Origin: Rhizophagus irregularis
Taxonomy: Eukaryota
NCBI RefSeq assembly: GCF_026210795.1
Contig: NC_089433.1
Location: 3,534,001 to 3,598,000 of the forward strand
Direction: 5' to 3'
DNA: 64,000 nt
Of this stretch, positions 41,785 to 55,372 are shown in pieces. Each line of letters begins with the position of its first letter. Position 1 is the first letter of the stretch. The position numbers were made by a program, and so were the translations under genes. The notes under the pieces are model-generated. The model was given only the letters and a program-made list of their open reading frames with translations. It had not been told where the DNA came from and did not search any database.

Positions 41785-44700
41785 CGAAAATGCCGAAATG
41801 GCATTTTTTTTCACAGATTAATATGAATAAATATGCAAAAATGGCATATTTTTCATAAAACTGAATGCCATTTTGGCATTTTTTTTTTTCTTAAAAAAAT
41901 GTTGTTTCTGAGTTTTTTTTTTCATATGAAAATGCTGAAACGGCATTTTTTTCATAAATTAATATGAAAATGCCATTTCAATATTTTTTTTCTTAGGTTA
42001 ATATGAAAAAAATGTCGTTTCGACAGTTTTTTCATAAATTGATATGAAAATGCCGAAACAGTATATTTTCATAAGTCAATATGAAAAAAAAACGCCGAAA
42101 CGGCATTTTTTTCATAAATTGATACGAAAATGTTATTTCGGCATTTTTTTTTAGGTTAATATGAAAAAAAATGTCATTTCGGCAGTTTTTTCATAAATTG
42201 ATATGAAAATGCCGAAACAGTATTTTTTTTCATAAGTCAATATGAAAAAAAATGCTGAAACGGCATTTTATTCATATATTGATATGAAAATGCTGAAATG
42301 GCATTTTTTTTCATGAGTTGATATTTAAAAAAAATGCTGAAACGTCATTTTTTCATAAGAAAAAAATGCCAAAATGGCGGTTTCATATTATTTTAAGTTA
42401 ATATGAAAAAATGTCGTTTCGGCGTTTTTTTTTATAAATTGATATGAAAAATGCCGAAATGGCATTTATTTCATAAGTTAATATTAAAAAAAAATGCTGA
42501 AACGGCATTTTTTTCATAAAATGATGTGAAAATGTCGTTTCGGCGTTTTTTTTTATAGATTGATATGAAAAATGCCGAAATGGCATTTTTTTTCATAAGT
42601 CAATATTAAAAAAAATGCTGAAATGGCATTTTATTCATATATTGATATGAAAATGCTGAAATGGCATTTTTTTTCATAAGTTGATATTTAAAAAAAATGC
42701 TGAAACGTCATTTTTTCATAAAATAATATGAAAACGCCATTTTGGCATTTTTTTCTTAAGTTAATGTGAAAAAATGTTGTTTCTGAGTTTTTTTTTTCAT
42801 ATGAAAATGCTGAAACGGCATTTTTTTCATAAATTAATATGAAAATGCCATTTCAATATTTTTTTTCTTAGGTTAATATGAAAAAAATGTCGTTTCGACA
42901 GTTTTTTCATAAATTGATATGAAAATGCCGAAACAGTATATTTTCATAAGTCAATATGAAAAAAAAACGCCGAAACGGCATTTTTTTCATAAATTGATAC
43001 GAAAATGTTATTTCGGCATTTTTTTTTAGGTTAATATGAAAAAAAATGTCATTTCGGCAGTTTTTTCATAAATTGATATGAAAATGCCGAAACAGTATTT
43101 TTTTTCATAAGTCAATATGAAAAAAAATGCTGAAACGGCATTTTATTCATATATTGATATGAAAATGCTGAAATGGCATTTTTTTTCATGAGTTGATATT
43201 TAAAAAAAATGCTGAAACGTCATTTTTTCATAAGAAAAAAATGCCAAAATGGCGGTTTCATATTATTTTAAGTTAATATGAAAAAATGTCGTTTCGGCGT
43301 TTTTTTTTATAAATTGATATGAAAAATGCCGAAATGGCATTTATTTCATAAGTTAATATTAAAAAAAAATGCTGAAACGGCATTTTTTTCATAAAATGAT
43401 GTGAAAATGTCGTTTCGGCGTTTTTTTTTATAGATTGATATGAAAAATGCCGAAATGGCATTTTTTTTCATAAGTCAATATTAAAAAAAATGCTGAAATG
43501 GCATTTTATTCATATATTGATATGAAAATGCTGAAATGGCATTTTTTTTCATAAGTTGATATTTAAAAAAAATGCTGAAACGTCATTTTTTCATAAAATA
43601 ATATGAAAACGCCATTTTGGCATTTTTTTCTTAAGTTAATGTGAAAAAATGTCGTTTCGGCGTTTTTTTCTATAAATTGATATGAAAAATGCTGAAATGG
43701 CATTTATTTCATAAGTTAATATTAAAAAAAATGCCGAAACGGCATTTTTTTTCATAAAATGATGTGAAAATGCCATTTCGGCATTTTTTTCTATAAATTA
43801 ATATGAAAAATGCCGAAATGGCATTTATTTCATAAGTTAATATTAAAAAAAATGCCGAAACGGCATTTTTTTTCATAAAATAATGTGAAAATGCCATTTC
43901 GGCATTTGTTTCTATAAATTGATATGAAAAATGCTGAAATGGCATTTATTTCATAAGTTAATATTAAAAAAAATGCCGAAACGGCATTTTTTTTCATAAA
44001 ATGATGTGAAAATGCCATTTCGGCATTTTTTTCTTAAGTTAATACGAAAAAATGTCATTTCGGCGTTTTTTTTTATAGATTGATATGAAAAATGCCGAAA
44101 TGGCATTTTTTTTCATAAGTTGATATTTAAAAAAAATGCTGAAACGTCATTTTTTCATAAAATAATATGAAAACGCCATTTTGGCATTTTTTTCTTAAGT
44201 TAATATGAAAAAATGTCGTTTCGGCGTTTTTTTCTATAAATTGATATGAAAAATGCCGAAATGGCATTTATTTCATAAGTTGATATTTAAAAAAATGCTG
44301 AAACGGCATTTTTTTTCATAAAATGATGTGAAAATGCCATTTCGGCATTTTTTTCTTAAGTTAATATGAAAAAATGTCGTTTCGGCATTTTTTTTTTTAT
44401 AGATTGATATGAAAAATGCCGAAATGGCATTTTTTTTCATAAGTTGATATTAAAAAAATGCTGAAACGGCATTTTTTCATAAAATAATATGAAAACGCCA
44501 TTTCGGCATTTTTTTCTTAAAAAATGTCGTTTTGGCATTTTTTTTTATAAATTGATATAAAAATGCTGAAATGGCATTTATTTCATAAGTTAATATTAAA
44601 AAAAATGCTGAAACGGCATTTTTTCATAAAATGATATGAAAATGCCATTTTGGCATTTTTTTTCTTAAGTTAATATGAAAAAATGTCGTTTCGGCGTTTT

Positions 44701-45229
44701 TTTTTATAGATTGATATGAAAAATGCCGAAATGGCATTTTTTTTCATAAGATATTAAAAAAAAATGCTGAAACGGCATTTTTTCATAAAATAATAATATG
44801 AAAACGGCATTTCGGCATTTTTTTCTTAAAAAATGTCGTTTTGGCATTTTTTTTTTATAAATTGATATGAAAATGCCGAAATGGCATTTTTTTTCATAAG
44901 TTGATATTAAAAAAAACGCTGAAATGGCATTTTTTTTTATAAAATGATATGAAAATGCCATTTTGGCATTTTTTTCTTAAGTTAATATGAAAAAATGTCG
45001 TTTCGGCGTTTTTTTTTATAGATTGATATGAAAATGCCGAAATGGCATTTTTTTTTATAAGTGTTGATATTAACAAATGTCGTTTCGGCATTTTTTTTAT
45101 AGATTGATATGAAAAATGCCGAAATGGCAATTTTTTTCATAAGTTGATATTAAAAAAAACGCTGAAACGGCATTTTTTCATAAAATGATATGAAAATGCC
45201 ATTTTGGCATTTTTTTTCTTAGGTTAATA
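41785..45229. repeat. Satellite array of ~36-39-bp internally palindromic units (atgaaaaatgcc-gaaat-ggcattttttcat-aagttgat), roughly 90 units
   Basis: Directly visible tandem units with loop orientation switching (gccgaaatggc versus gccatttcggc/gtcgtttcggc). 875-bp higher-order duplication, shown by identical ORFs at 42398 and 43273. Confidence 0.95.
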
Positions 45230-46940
45230 CTAGCCGTAACCCGTCGCGCTGCGCCAGAATATATATAGTGTATGTATTGAAAAGAAAATTCTGATTTATG
45301 TTTAGAATTTTGTTACTTATATAATACTAAATTTTGTTTGTAATTAGAAACTGAATTTGAAGAATTGAAATTCAAAATAAAATAAATAATAAAATTAAAT
45401 AAAATAAAAATTTAAAAAGGTGTAAAAAAAACCTAAAAAAGAGTTCTGAAAGGTAGTCAGTACCCTCAGAAAAAATTTTTTTACATAGAAAAATTCTTTG
45501 CACATTAAAAAATTTTTTGCATGTTAAGAAAAGGTGTAGATTTGATTTAATATTAGACTAAGAATTTAATTTTAAGAACACATTGTATAATACTGAGCAT
45601 ATAGTGATTTATATTTACAATATGATTATTATATTAGAATAATACATTATATTTATTAGTATAATACAACTATTTATATCTGAATGATATAAATTATATT
45701 TACAATATTTACAATACAATAATGTGAAGTGTATTTACAATATGATTAAATTAGAATGATTTAGTATTACAATAACTTGAGACAAATATTATGATATTAA
45801 ACAAATGTTGCAGTATTATAGAATTTATGGTTTATACGTTTATAGACTCATCACAAAATCAATTCTGAATAATTAATTGTTACAAAAAAAAATAAATAAA
45901 TTTCTCATCACCAAGAATACCGAATATTACAGAGATTATATCATAGTAATCTATCGTTTAAAATAAAAATTTATATCAAAAAAAAAATTCCATTATCAAA
46001 TCTATTGTTACAAAAAAAAAATATTCTTATCACCAAAGCCTATTGTTATTACTAAAAAATCGATAGAACTATTACTTAAGTATTAGAATGACGCCAGTTA
46101 ATACCAGGAAGCAAAAAAAAAAAGTAAATTTTTTTTATAACCGGAACTAACTATTACCAATTAATATTGGTAAATGTCAGTTACCGAACATAAAGAAAGG
46201 CAAAGTCCTCTATTGTTGGAAAAAAAATAAAAAAAAATAAAAAAAAATTTCTAATGAAAAAAAAAATTACTGAATGATCTATCGTTAAAAAAATAAAATA
46301 AAATATGTAAAAAAAAAATAATAAATAAATGAAAGAAAGGCCTATTGTTATCAGGGAGATACAATATGATCGAAAAAAAATTATCCTCAAAAAAAAATTT
46401 ACCGAAGCTGTAAAAAAAAACGTCCCTCCGGTCTATTGTTATCGGGAATAAAAAAAATTCGAAAAAATGCTTTTAAAATATTACTAAGAAAAAATCGGGA
46501 AAAAGATCTATAAAAATTACTAAAACTAAAAAGAAAAAGAATATCAGAAAATTACTAAAAGAAATTATTATCGATAAAGAAAAAACATTACTAAAATTAA
46601 AATAGAAAAAAAATCAGTAATAAGAAAAATCATACTAAAGAATTTTTCTTGGGGTGATGATCACCGGGGACTGAAATTATGATGATCGACCAGCATTAAA
46701 AAAAATATAGTGCCGGTAAAAATTGATAATTCCGGCCAACGGTGATGATCACCCTTGGTGGTGATTTGAAGTAAAAATCATACTAAAAATACTAAAAAAA
46801 ATAAAATTCTTAGAATTTAATAGTATTTTTTAATATATTAATTAAAATAAATAAAGGAATAAACTAAAATCGGACTATTTAGAAAAAAAGAATAAATATT
46901 AGTAACCGAATATTTCAGGTCAACCCGACTGCTGGTCAAT
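45230..46940 (-). mobile_element. Non-autonomous Helitron-like element inserted in the satellite (3' end at 45230; 5' end unresolved)
   Basis: Minus strand reads ctggcgc-agc-gcgacgg (hairpin) then gttacgg-CTAG|T. No TSD. Satellite resumes at ~46941. Confidence 0.7.
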
Positions 46941-47068
46941 GCATTTTTTTCAATAATTGATACGAAAATGCCATTTCGGCATTTTTTTCTTAGGTTATTA
47001 TGAAGAAAATATCATTTCAGCAGTTTTTTTCATAAATTGATATAAAATGCTGAAACAGCATTTTTTCC
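46941..47068. repeat. Distal remnant of the palindromic satellite (~3 units)
   Basis: gatacgaaaatgccatttcggcattttttt and aaatgctgaaacagcattttt units. Confidence 0.85.
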
Positions 47069-47316
47069 TTATTATAAATTTCACAGCTCCCCATGAATGA
47101 TGGACTCTTGTTTTTTTAAAAAAATTTATTTATTGTGATCTCCAAATACTGCGGGAATCTTTTTCATAAAAAAAATAAATACCTATTTTGGCAGACAATT
47201 GTACTACTATTGTATATTGTACTACTACCTGAAAAGTTAATAATAAAACCTTATTTTATTTTATTTTTTTTATTTTTATTTTTTTATTTTTATTTTTATT
47301 TTTTTTTAAAATAAAA

Positions 47317-48832
47317 ATGGTCGTTCAATTTTTTTCGAAATTAAGTCAAAATTATATTGAATTATTAAAAGATGATGAATACTATGATATCACCATTGAA
47401 GTTGGTGAAGATCCTAACGTAAAAATATTTCGTGCTCATAAAAATATTTTATGTTACCGTTCTCCATATTTACGACGAGTTTTATCTTCCAACAAAAAGA
47501 ATAATGATAATATTTTATCTCATATCAAATTACAAAGTACATCACCGAAAATCTTTCAAATTATTTTAGAGTAAGTTTATATACTATATAATATGTATGA
47601 CCTTTGAATGTTCAAATTATAACTTTTATTTTTATGGTAGGTATATTTATGGCGGTATCCTTTCATTGGATGAAAAAGATACTTCAGATTTTCTTAAATT
47701 ATTGGCTACTGCAGACAAGCTTAATCTTCAAGAGCTAGTTGATTATTTACAAGGATATTTAATTGAAAATAAATCCGAACGGCTAGAACAATATTTTGAA
47801 TTTGCTCAACAAATTAGCTCAAATTCTAATAATTTATTAAGACTTCAAGAATTTTGTACAAATTTAATGGTTCAGTCTCCCGAAAAAGTACTTAAATCAT
47901 TAAATTTTACTTCACTTTCTGAAAAATCTTTAATTTCACTTATTAAGAATGATGATTTACAAATGAAAGAAATTGAAATATGGGAATATGTATTAAAATG
48001 GGGTCTTGCAAAAAATCCAACTCTCATTCCAGATCCTAAAACTTGGTCTGATGATGATTTTGAAACAATGAAAAATACTCTACAACATTGTTTACCCTTC
48101 GTTAGATTTTTTTGTTTATCACCAAAAGAATTTTCACAAAAAGTTCGCCCATATCAAAAACTCCTAAATCAACAACTTTATGAAGATTTATTAAACTTTT
48201 ATTTAGATCCTGATAGTGTAACATCTCATAACATTCAACTTCCCAGAAAAATTAAAATTGATGAAAACATTGAAGAAGTTATTTGTTCACTAATCGTTAA
48301 TTCTGGTATTATTTCAACTATTTCAAGATGGATAGATAAAATAGTTATTAATGATAACAATTTTAATGAATCATATTTACCATATAAATTTGAATTATTG
48401 TTAAGAGGAAGCCGAGATGGATTTACCCCTAAAAAATTTCATGAATTATGTGATAATAAACCTAATACTGTTACATTTATTAAAATAAAAGGAACAGAAG
48501 AAATCATTGGTGGGTATAATCCAGTAATATGGGAATCTCCCAAAATGGCTTCTTGGGGTAAATCTAATGATAGTTTTATTTTTTCTTTTAAAAATAAGAA
48601 TAATTTTAAAGATGCAATTTTGAGTAATTTAGAAAATAAGGAATATCCATTTTGGTTCAGTTCTACAGCTGGTCCATATTTTGGTAATGATTTTGTTATA
48701 TGTGCTTTAAATGAATCTGCAGATTATAATGTCACTAGATGTAGTAAACGTTTTTATGAAAAAAAGATACGAAATAGTGAAGATAACTTTACTATAGAAG
48801 ATTATGAAGTGTTTCATCTAATAAAGAAATAA
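47317..48832 (+). CDS. BTB/POZ-BACK-TLDc protein, copy 2 (exons 47317-47570, 47641-48832)
   Basis: Same motifs and intron position as copy 1; intact frame. Confidence 0.93.
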
Positions 48833-50030
48833 ATGTAGTATTTAAAGGATGAATTTTATTTAAGGCAAAAAAATATAATAAAAATATTTATACGTTATTT
48901 ATAACATTTTTACAAAGAAATAAATAGTTATTTATAACGTAACAAACTTATACTGGTTTATTTTTTTTAATCTAATGTGTAATACTAAATAGCCGAGTAA
49001 ATAGCTATGAGGTTAAATAGAGGTAGGTTAAGATATCAAAATTTTATATTTAAAGCGTACTATCATCATTGTTTAACATTGTTTAACTTAAACATCGTGA
49101 ATATGATGTTCCATTTACGGAAAACAAATATGTGTCAAACATTTCTTACAGAGCACTCAATGAAACCTTCACTTAGCTCAATTAATGCATCATCTAAGAT
49201 TCTTTGAATGCTTATAAAATTCCAAACAACAAATAATGGGGATTTATCAATTGCTATAATTCTATTATAAAAACAATATGAATCATAATTAAAGTTAAAT
49301 TACATCATGAATAGTTCAGTACTTGCTATTTTTTACCTAAATTTCGAAGGAAAAAAAAAAGAAAAAATATTTTTTTCTGAATATTGAAGAATCGATACTT
49401 GTTCCGATAAAATTAATCGAGAATCCTTCTTCTAGTAAAAAATGGAAATATCATCATTTAAGATTTCGTGACTTTTTTTTAACGCAATCCGAGGGCTAAA
49501 AAAATGACCAAAATTTGACCAGAATTATAACCGGTCATGTACATATCATGTGATTTATAATTTCGGTTGTAATTGGCCAAATTTTATAATTCCGGCCTAA
49601 ATTATATTTTTTTCCAATCGTTTTTTTTAGAAATTACTATTTGATATAAGCGCTTTTATCGTTATAAAATATTAAAAGAAAACAAGTTTTTTTAAAAAAT
49701 TTTACATTAAAATATTGCGTGCTAAATTCGTTAAAATACTCCTAACATCAGAAATTTAACGAGAACAAGAGTTTTTAAGAGCTGCAATGTTCAGACTTCA
49801 ACTTAGTAGGAAAATGTAACCAAATTTTGATTTTTTTATTTTCTTACATTAGAAATACTGAAATCTCATGTTTTTACTTTGCTCTGCAGATCTCCCGATG
49901 CTGCGGAATACTTTTTATAATAAAATACTTCTTATTTTGGATGGTGGCGTAAAATGTATTGTGTACTACCGTACATCAATATTTAAGTTAACCAAACTTG
50001 AAACAAACTTTTTTTTTTTTAAAAAAAAAA

Positions 50031-51547
50031 ATGGTCGCTCAATTTTTTTCGAAATTAAGTCAAAATTATATTGAATTATTAAAAGACGATGAATATTATG
50101 ATGTCACAATTGAAGTTGGCGAAGACCCTAACGTAAAAATATTTCGTGCTCATATGAATATTTTATGCTATCGTTCACCATATTTGCGACGAGCCTTGGC
50201 TTCAAACAAAAAGAATAATGATAATGTTTTGTCTCATATCAAATTACCAAATGTATCTCCGGAAATCTTTCAAATAATTTTAGAGTAAGTTATATATTGA
50301 AATATACATAGCATTGAATATTCAAATTATAACTTTTATTTTTTTTTTATAATAGGTATACTTATGGTGGTATCCTTTCATTGGATGAAAAGGATACTTC
50401 AGACTTTATTAAAGTATTGGCTACTGCAGATATTCTTAGTCTTCAAGAACTAGTTGATTATTTACAAGTATATTTAATTGAAAATAAGTCCGAATGGTTG
50501 GAACAGCATTTTGAATATATTCAACAAATTAGTTCACAATCTAATAATTTATTAAAACTTCAAGAATTTTGTACAAATTTAATGGTTCAGTCTCCCGAGA
50601 AAGTACTTAAATCATTAGATTTTACTTCATTTCCTGAAAAATCTTTAATTTCACTTATTAAAAGTGATGATTTACAAATGAAAGAAATTGAAATATGGGA
50701 ACATGTATTAAAATGGGGACTTGCACAAAATCCAACTCTCATTCCAGATCCTAAAACTTGGTCTGATGATGATTTTAAAACAATGAAAAATACTCTACAA
50801 CATTGTTTATCCTTCGTTAGATTTTTTTGTTTATCACCAAAAGAATTTTCACAAAAACTTCGTCCATATCAAAAACTCTTAAATCAACAACTTTATGAAG
50901 ATTTATTAAACTTTTATTTAGATCCTGATAGTGTAACATCTCATAACATTCAACTTCCTAGAAAAATTAAAATTGATGAAAACATTGAAGAAGTTATTTG
51001 TTCACTAATCGTTAATTCTGGTATTATTTCAACTATTTCAAGGTGGATAGATAAAATAGTTATTAATAATAATAATTTTAATGAATCATATTTACCATAT
51101 AAATTTGAATTATTGTTAAGAGGAAGCCGAGATGGATTTACCCCCATAAAATTTCATGAATTATGTGATAATAAACCTAATACTGTTACATTTATTAAAA
51201 TAAAAGGAACAGAAGAAATCATTGGTGGGTATAATCCGGTAATATGGGAATCTCCTCAAAGTGCTTGTTGGTGTGAATCTAGTGATAGTTTTATTTTTTC
51301 TTTTAAAAATAAGAATAATTTTAAAGATGCAATTTTAAGTAAAATAGTATATTCTGAATATGCGTTATGGTTTGGTTCTGTAGCTGGTCCATATTTTGGT
51401 AGTGATATTGTTATATATTCTTCAAAAGAATCTGCAGATTATAACACCATTAAATATCGTAAAAGGCGTTATGAAAAAATGATAAGAGATTGTGTAGGTG
51501 AATTTGCAATAGAAGATTATGAAGTGTTTCATCTAATAAAGAAATAA
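50031..51547 (+). CDS. BTB/POZ-BACK-TLDc protein, copy 3 (exons 50031-50284, 50356-51547)
   Basis: Same motifs and intron position; ATG at 50031 (MVAQFFSKLSQ). Confidence 0.93.
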
Positions 51548-51878
51548 ATGTAGTAGTATTTAAAGGATGAATTTTATTTAAGCAAAAATAGAATAAATAC
51601 TGTATTTATACACATTATATGTAATGTATCATTGGAACAAAAAAATAAATAAATTATTATTGTATTTACGTTACTAACTCTCGTTATTAATAGAGATTCC
51701 GTTTTTACTCAAGTGTTCATTTATAAATTAATAAGTAAATTAGAATATTCGAATTTTGAGATTCGAATCTGTTATGAGATTAGAAATATACTGATATTCG
51801 ATTCATTCGAATGTTCCGATCGTAAAATACAATGCAAAATGTATTTTTTTTAATTTTTTTCAACTAAATAATAAAGAG

Positions 51879-53036
51879 TAGTGCTAAATCTCACCGGTGG
51901 TGATTTTCACCGAAATTTTTTTTAATTTATCTTATAAACCTATTACAATTTTTTAACGAAATTATTTAAAATAACTTAATGTAATGAAATTTTTATTTGC
52001 AAACTAAATACTAAAAGTTACACATTTATAATGATATTAATAATAATTTATTAATTAAAGATACGTTTTACTGATTAAAATATAACAATCTTTTATTTAT
52101 TTATTCATGGAAATAACAGAAACAAATAAACGTTTATTGATGATGACGTAATCGCAAAAACTAGAGTTCCAAAGATGGTTTTGGCAATTTGCATGTGGAT
52201 TTAATCAATAAAGGTAAGGACCATATGAATTCCATTCACCGTACTTGTTACCAAAGAAGGATAGTTGAAATTTGTGATAAACTATCATCTATTTATGGGT
52301 ATATTTTCTTTTATGGTCCTGATGGAACTAATGTAGGATGGAAGGGCAGTGTTTGTGGATAGTTGAGAGATGTTATTAAAAAAAATTTAGTTTTTTAAAA
52401 AATTTAGTTCTCTTGAAAAAATTTAGTTCTCTTGAAAAAATTTGTTTCTTTTTATTTTTATTTTTTTTTTAAAAAAAAAATTCGTTTATTTTCTCTTCAT
52501 ATAAATGTCTGCTTCAAATAATTTTGGAGGATTCACGTGAGAATTACTAATAGTAAAACTAAAATGAAATCTTTTTTATGTTACGTTTTTATATTTAAAG
52601 ATACATATTTTGTCATAACAAAAATTTAGATGATTGATTTAATTTATTATGTATGAAAATTCATCTTTGAAACAGTTTCTCGTATTGCTTACAGGGATGA
52701 AAACTAGCTGGATTGGCTTTTTAGGTATTTACTTATGTGTCAGAGGTGTGGATTGCTTTATCTTAATACACGATATAGTAAATTTAAGAGTGTTGTTAAT
52801 AATAAAATAAAAAGGGAAATTCGATTCGGATTGAATTTTTCATCCGATCGGATGGATTTTCGATCCGAGTTGAATTTCTTCTCCATTTTATAATTGAACC
52901 GGATTTTAATTTTACTATATTGCGCATTGGAGTAGAATCCGAAGTATATCTCAAAAAAATTCTAGACTTTAATTAATTAAATCTATGTATAATCGTCAAA
53001 ATGTGTCCATCCGTCGATCCTCGGATTGGAACTCTG
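51879..53036. mobile_element. Composite transposon debris inserted in the 3' flank of BTB copy 3 (two hAT-like ends and a small decayed ORF)
   Basis: Absent from the homologous flank of copy 4. Begins tagtgct with caccg/ggtga repeats and ends with atccg/cggat repeats and ggaactctg. No TSD found. Confidence 0.4.
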
Positions 53037-53106
53037 TGGGTGTGATGGTGAAAATCTAAAAATCACACAGTAATATTTAAATACTTTAAATACTATAATA
53101 TAAATT

Positions 53107-53336
53107 TTTTTTTTTTTTTTTTTTTTTTTGGTAAACGTATATAGTAATTTTATTAGTAAAAGTAACGCATCACAAATACATAATAATTTATAACAACAAT
53201 ACTTGAAATTCAAGATCATACAATCTTGAACCCCTCCATACCAAAGCCATGGGTTATCTAACCAAGGCGCGGATAAACATAACCAAAGATAAACTAAAAT
53301 AAAATTATTACATCTGTATGAAAACTATCCTAATCT
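53107..53336 (-). mobile_element. 5'-truncated non-LTR retroposon insertion (poly(A) tail, 16-bp TSD)
   Basis: TSD tactataatataaatt at 53091-53106 and 53337-53352. T-run to 53129, with minus-strand AATAAA ~20 nt before the poly(A). Single-copy empty site at ~55763. Confidence 0.9.
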
Positions 53337-53535
53337 TACTATAATATAAATTCGAATGAATTATATTCATCTAAACGCAAATATTACAATTAGTATAATT
53401 TTTTATTCAATCAGAAGTCCGTGTTTCCATTTTTTTTTGTCCCTTGATAAATTTATCCGAATTTTCCGTAATAGTACAAATGAAATAATTTTATCCTTCG
53501 TAATAAAATCGCCGATCACTATAGAGAGTTAGATT

Positions 53536-53732
53536 AGGATTTAGGACCACGAGTTATATATAGGTCAGGGGAGATCGGCACACATTGACTATTAGCTCTA
53601 CGCATTTTCTTCAGGGCCGGCACTATGTAATGCTGGTCGGCATTATCCACAAATGGAAGTGATCTACTTGATTTTGGCTCATTCAAAGCAAATAACCAAG
53701 ACCTGACCTTTCTATGGATAGCTCTAGATCCT
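53536..53732. mobile_element. Foldback/MITE-like structured element, copy A
   Basis: Nested inverted repeats aggatttag/ctagatcct, gagttatatatag/ctatggatagctc and ggtcagg/cctgacc. Flanked by 8-bp near-direct repeats gttagatt/ggtagatt. Confidence 0.6.
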
Positions 53733-53860
53733 GGTAGATTGTTCCTATTTTGGAAGTAAAGCCATCATCATCTGCAGTTGGTGTACGTACTGCTTAACCA
53801 TATATGATATCTGAAATAACTATAAATAATTTTTTTTTAAAAAAAAAGAAAAAAGAAAAA

Positions 53861-55372
53861 ATGGTTACTCAATTTTTTTCGAAATTAAGTCAAAATTATA
53901 TTGAATTATTAAAAGACGATGAATATTATGACGTCACAATTGAAGTTGGTGAAGACCCTAACGTAAAAATATTTCGTGCTCATATGAATATTTTATGCTA
54001 TCGTTCACCATATTTGCGACGAGCCTTGGCTTCAAACAAAAAGAATAATGACAATGTTTTGTCTCATATCAAATTACCAAATGTATCACCGGAAATCTTT
54101 CAAATAATTTTAGAGTAAGTTATATATTGTGATATACATAACATTGAATATTCAAATTATAATTTATATTTTTTTTATAATAGGTATATTTATGGTGGTA
54201 TCCTTTCATTGGATGAAAAGGACACTTCAGACCTTCTTAAAGTTTTGGCTACTGCAGATAAGCTTAGTCTTCAAGAGCTAGTTGATTATTTACAAGGATA
54301 TTTAATTGAAAATAAGTCCGAACGGCTAGAACAATATTTTGAATTTGCTCAACAAATTAGCTCAAATTCTAATAATTTATTAAAACTTCAAGAATTTTGT
54401 ACAAATTTAATGGTTCAGTCTCCCAAAAAAGTACTAAAATCATTAAATTTTACTTCACTTACTGAAAAATCTTTAATTTCGATTATTAAAAATGATGATT
54501 TACAAATGAAAGAAATTGAAGTATGGGAACATGTATTAAAATGGGGTCTTGCACAAAATCAAATTCTCATTCCAGATCCTAAAACTTGGTCTGATGATGA
54601 TTTTAAAACAATGAAAGATACTCTACAACATTGTTTATCCTTCGTTAGATTTTTTTGTTTATCACCAAAAGAATTTTCACAAAAAGTTCTTCCATATCAA
54701 AAACTCTTAAATCAACAACTTTATGAAGATATATTAAACTTTTATTTGGATCCTGAAAGTGTATCATCTCATAAAATTCAACTTCCTAGAAAAATTAAAA
54801 TTAATGAAAACATTGAAGAAATTATTTGTCCACGAATCGTTAATTCTGGTATTATTTCAACTATTTCAAAATGGATAGATAAAATAGTTATTAATGATAA
54901 CAATTTTAATGAAGCATATTTACCATATAAATTTGAATTATTGTTAAAAGGAAGCCGAGATGGATTTACCCCTAAAAAATTTCATGAATTATGTGATAAT
55001 AAACCTAATACTGTTACATTTATTAAAATAAAAGAAACAGAAGAAATTATTGGTGGGTATAATCCGGCAATATGGAAATCTTCTCCTAGTTCTTGGGGTA
55101 AAGCTAGTGATAGTTTTATTTTTTCTTTTAAAAATAAGAATAATTTTAAAGATGCAATTTTGAGTAATTTAGAAAATAAGGAATATGCATTTTGGTTCAG
55201 TTCTACAGCTGGTCCACATTTTGGTAATGATATTGTTATGTATGCTTCAAATGTATCTTCAGATTATAACTCCACTTTCTATCGTAAGTGTCGATATAAC
55301 AAAATGATAAGAGATCGTATAGGTAAATTTACTTTAGAAGATTATGAAGTGTTTCAAATAATAAAGAAATAA
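53861..55372 (+). CDS. BTB/POZ-BACK-TLDc protein, copy 4 (exons 53861-54114, 54184-55372)
   Basis: Same motifs and intron position; ATG at 53861. Confidence 0.93.

Noticed and set aside
42398..45130. Short minus-strand ORFs (MPFRHFSYQ...)
   Set aside because: Translations of satellite DNA.
41785..45229. CRISPR-like array (palindromic ~30-bp repeats at regular spacing)
   Set aside because: Linkers are only ~6-9 nt and are themselves repetitive, there are no unique spacers, units are degenerate, no cas genes are present, and the context is eukaryotic.
41740..47100. Satellite as the interior of one foldback/Mutator element (tgggaacgtcaaa versus reverse-complement tggggagctgtgaaa)
   Set aside because: Terminal similarity is weak and no TSD is visible; cannot be supported without other copies.
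52162..53036. hAT element with tagagttcca/tggaactctg TIRs
   Set aside because: No TSD, and the left match lies inside a decayed coding-like stretch (52107-52362), so the pairing may be coincidental.
53620..53665. HDV-like or twister ribozyme, or U1 snRNA (ggccggca.., caggggagat)
   Set aside because: No room for the P2/P3 nested pseudoknot, no twister or hammerhead core, and no ACUUACC 5' end; similarity is superficial.
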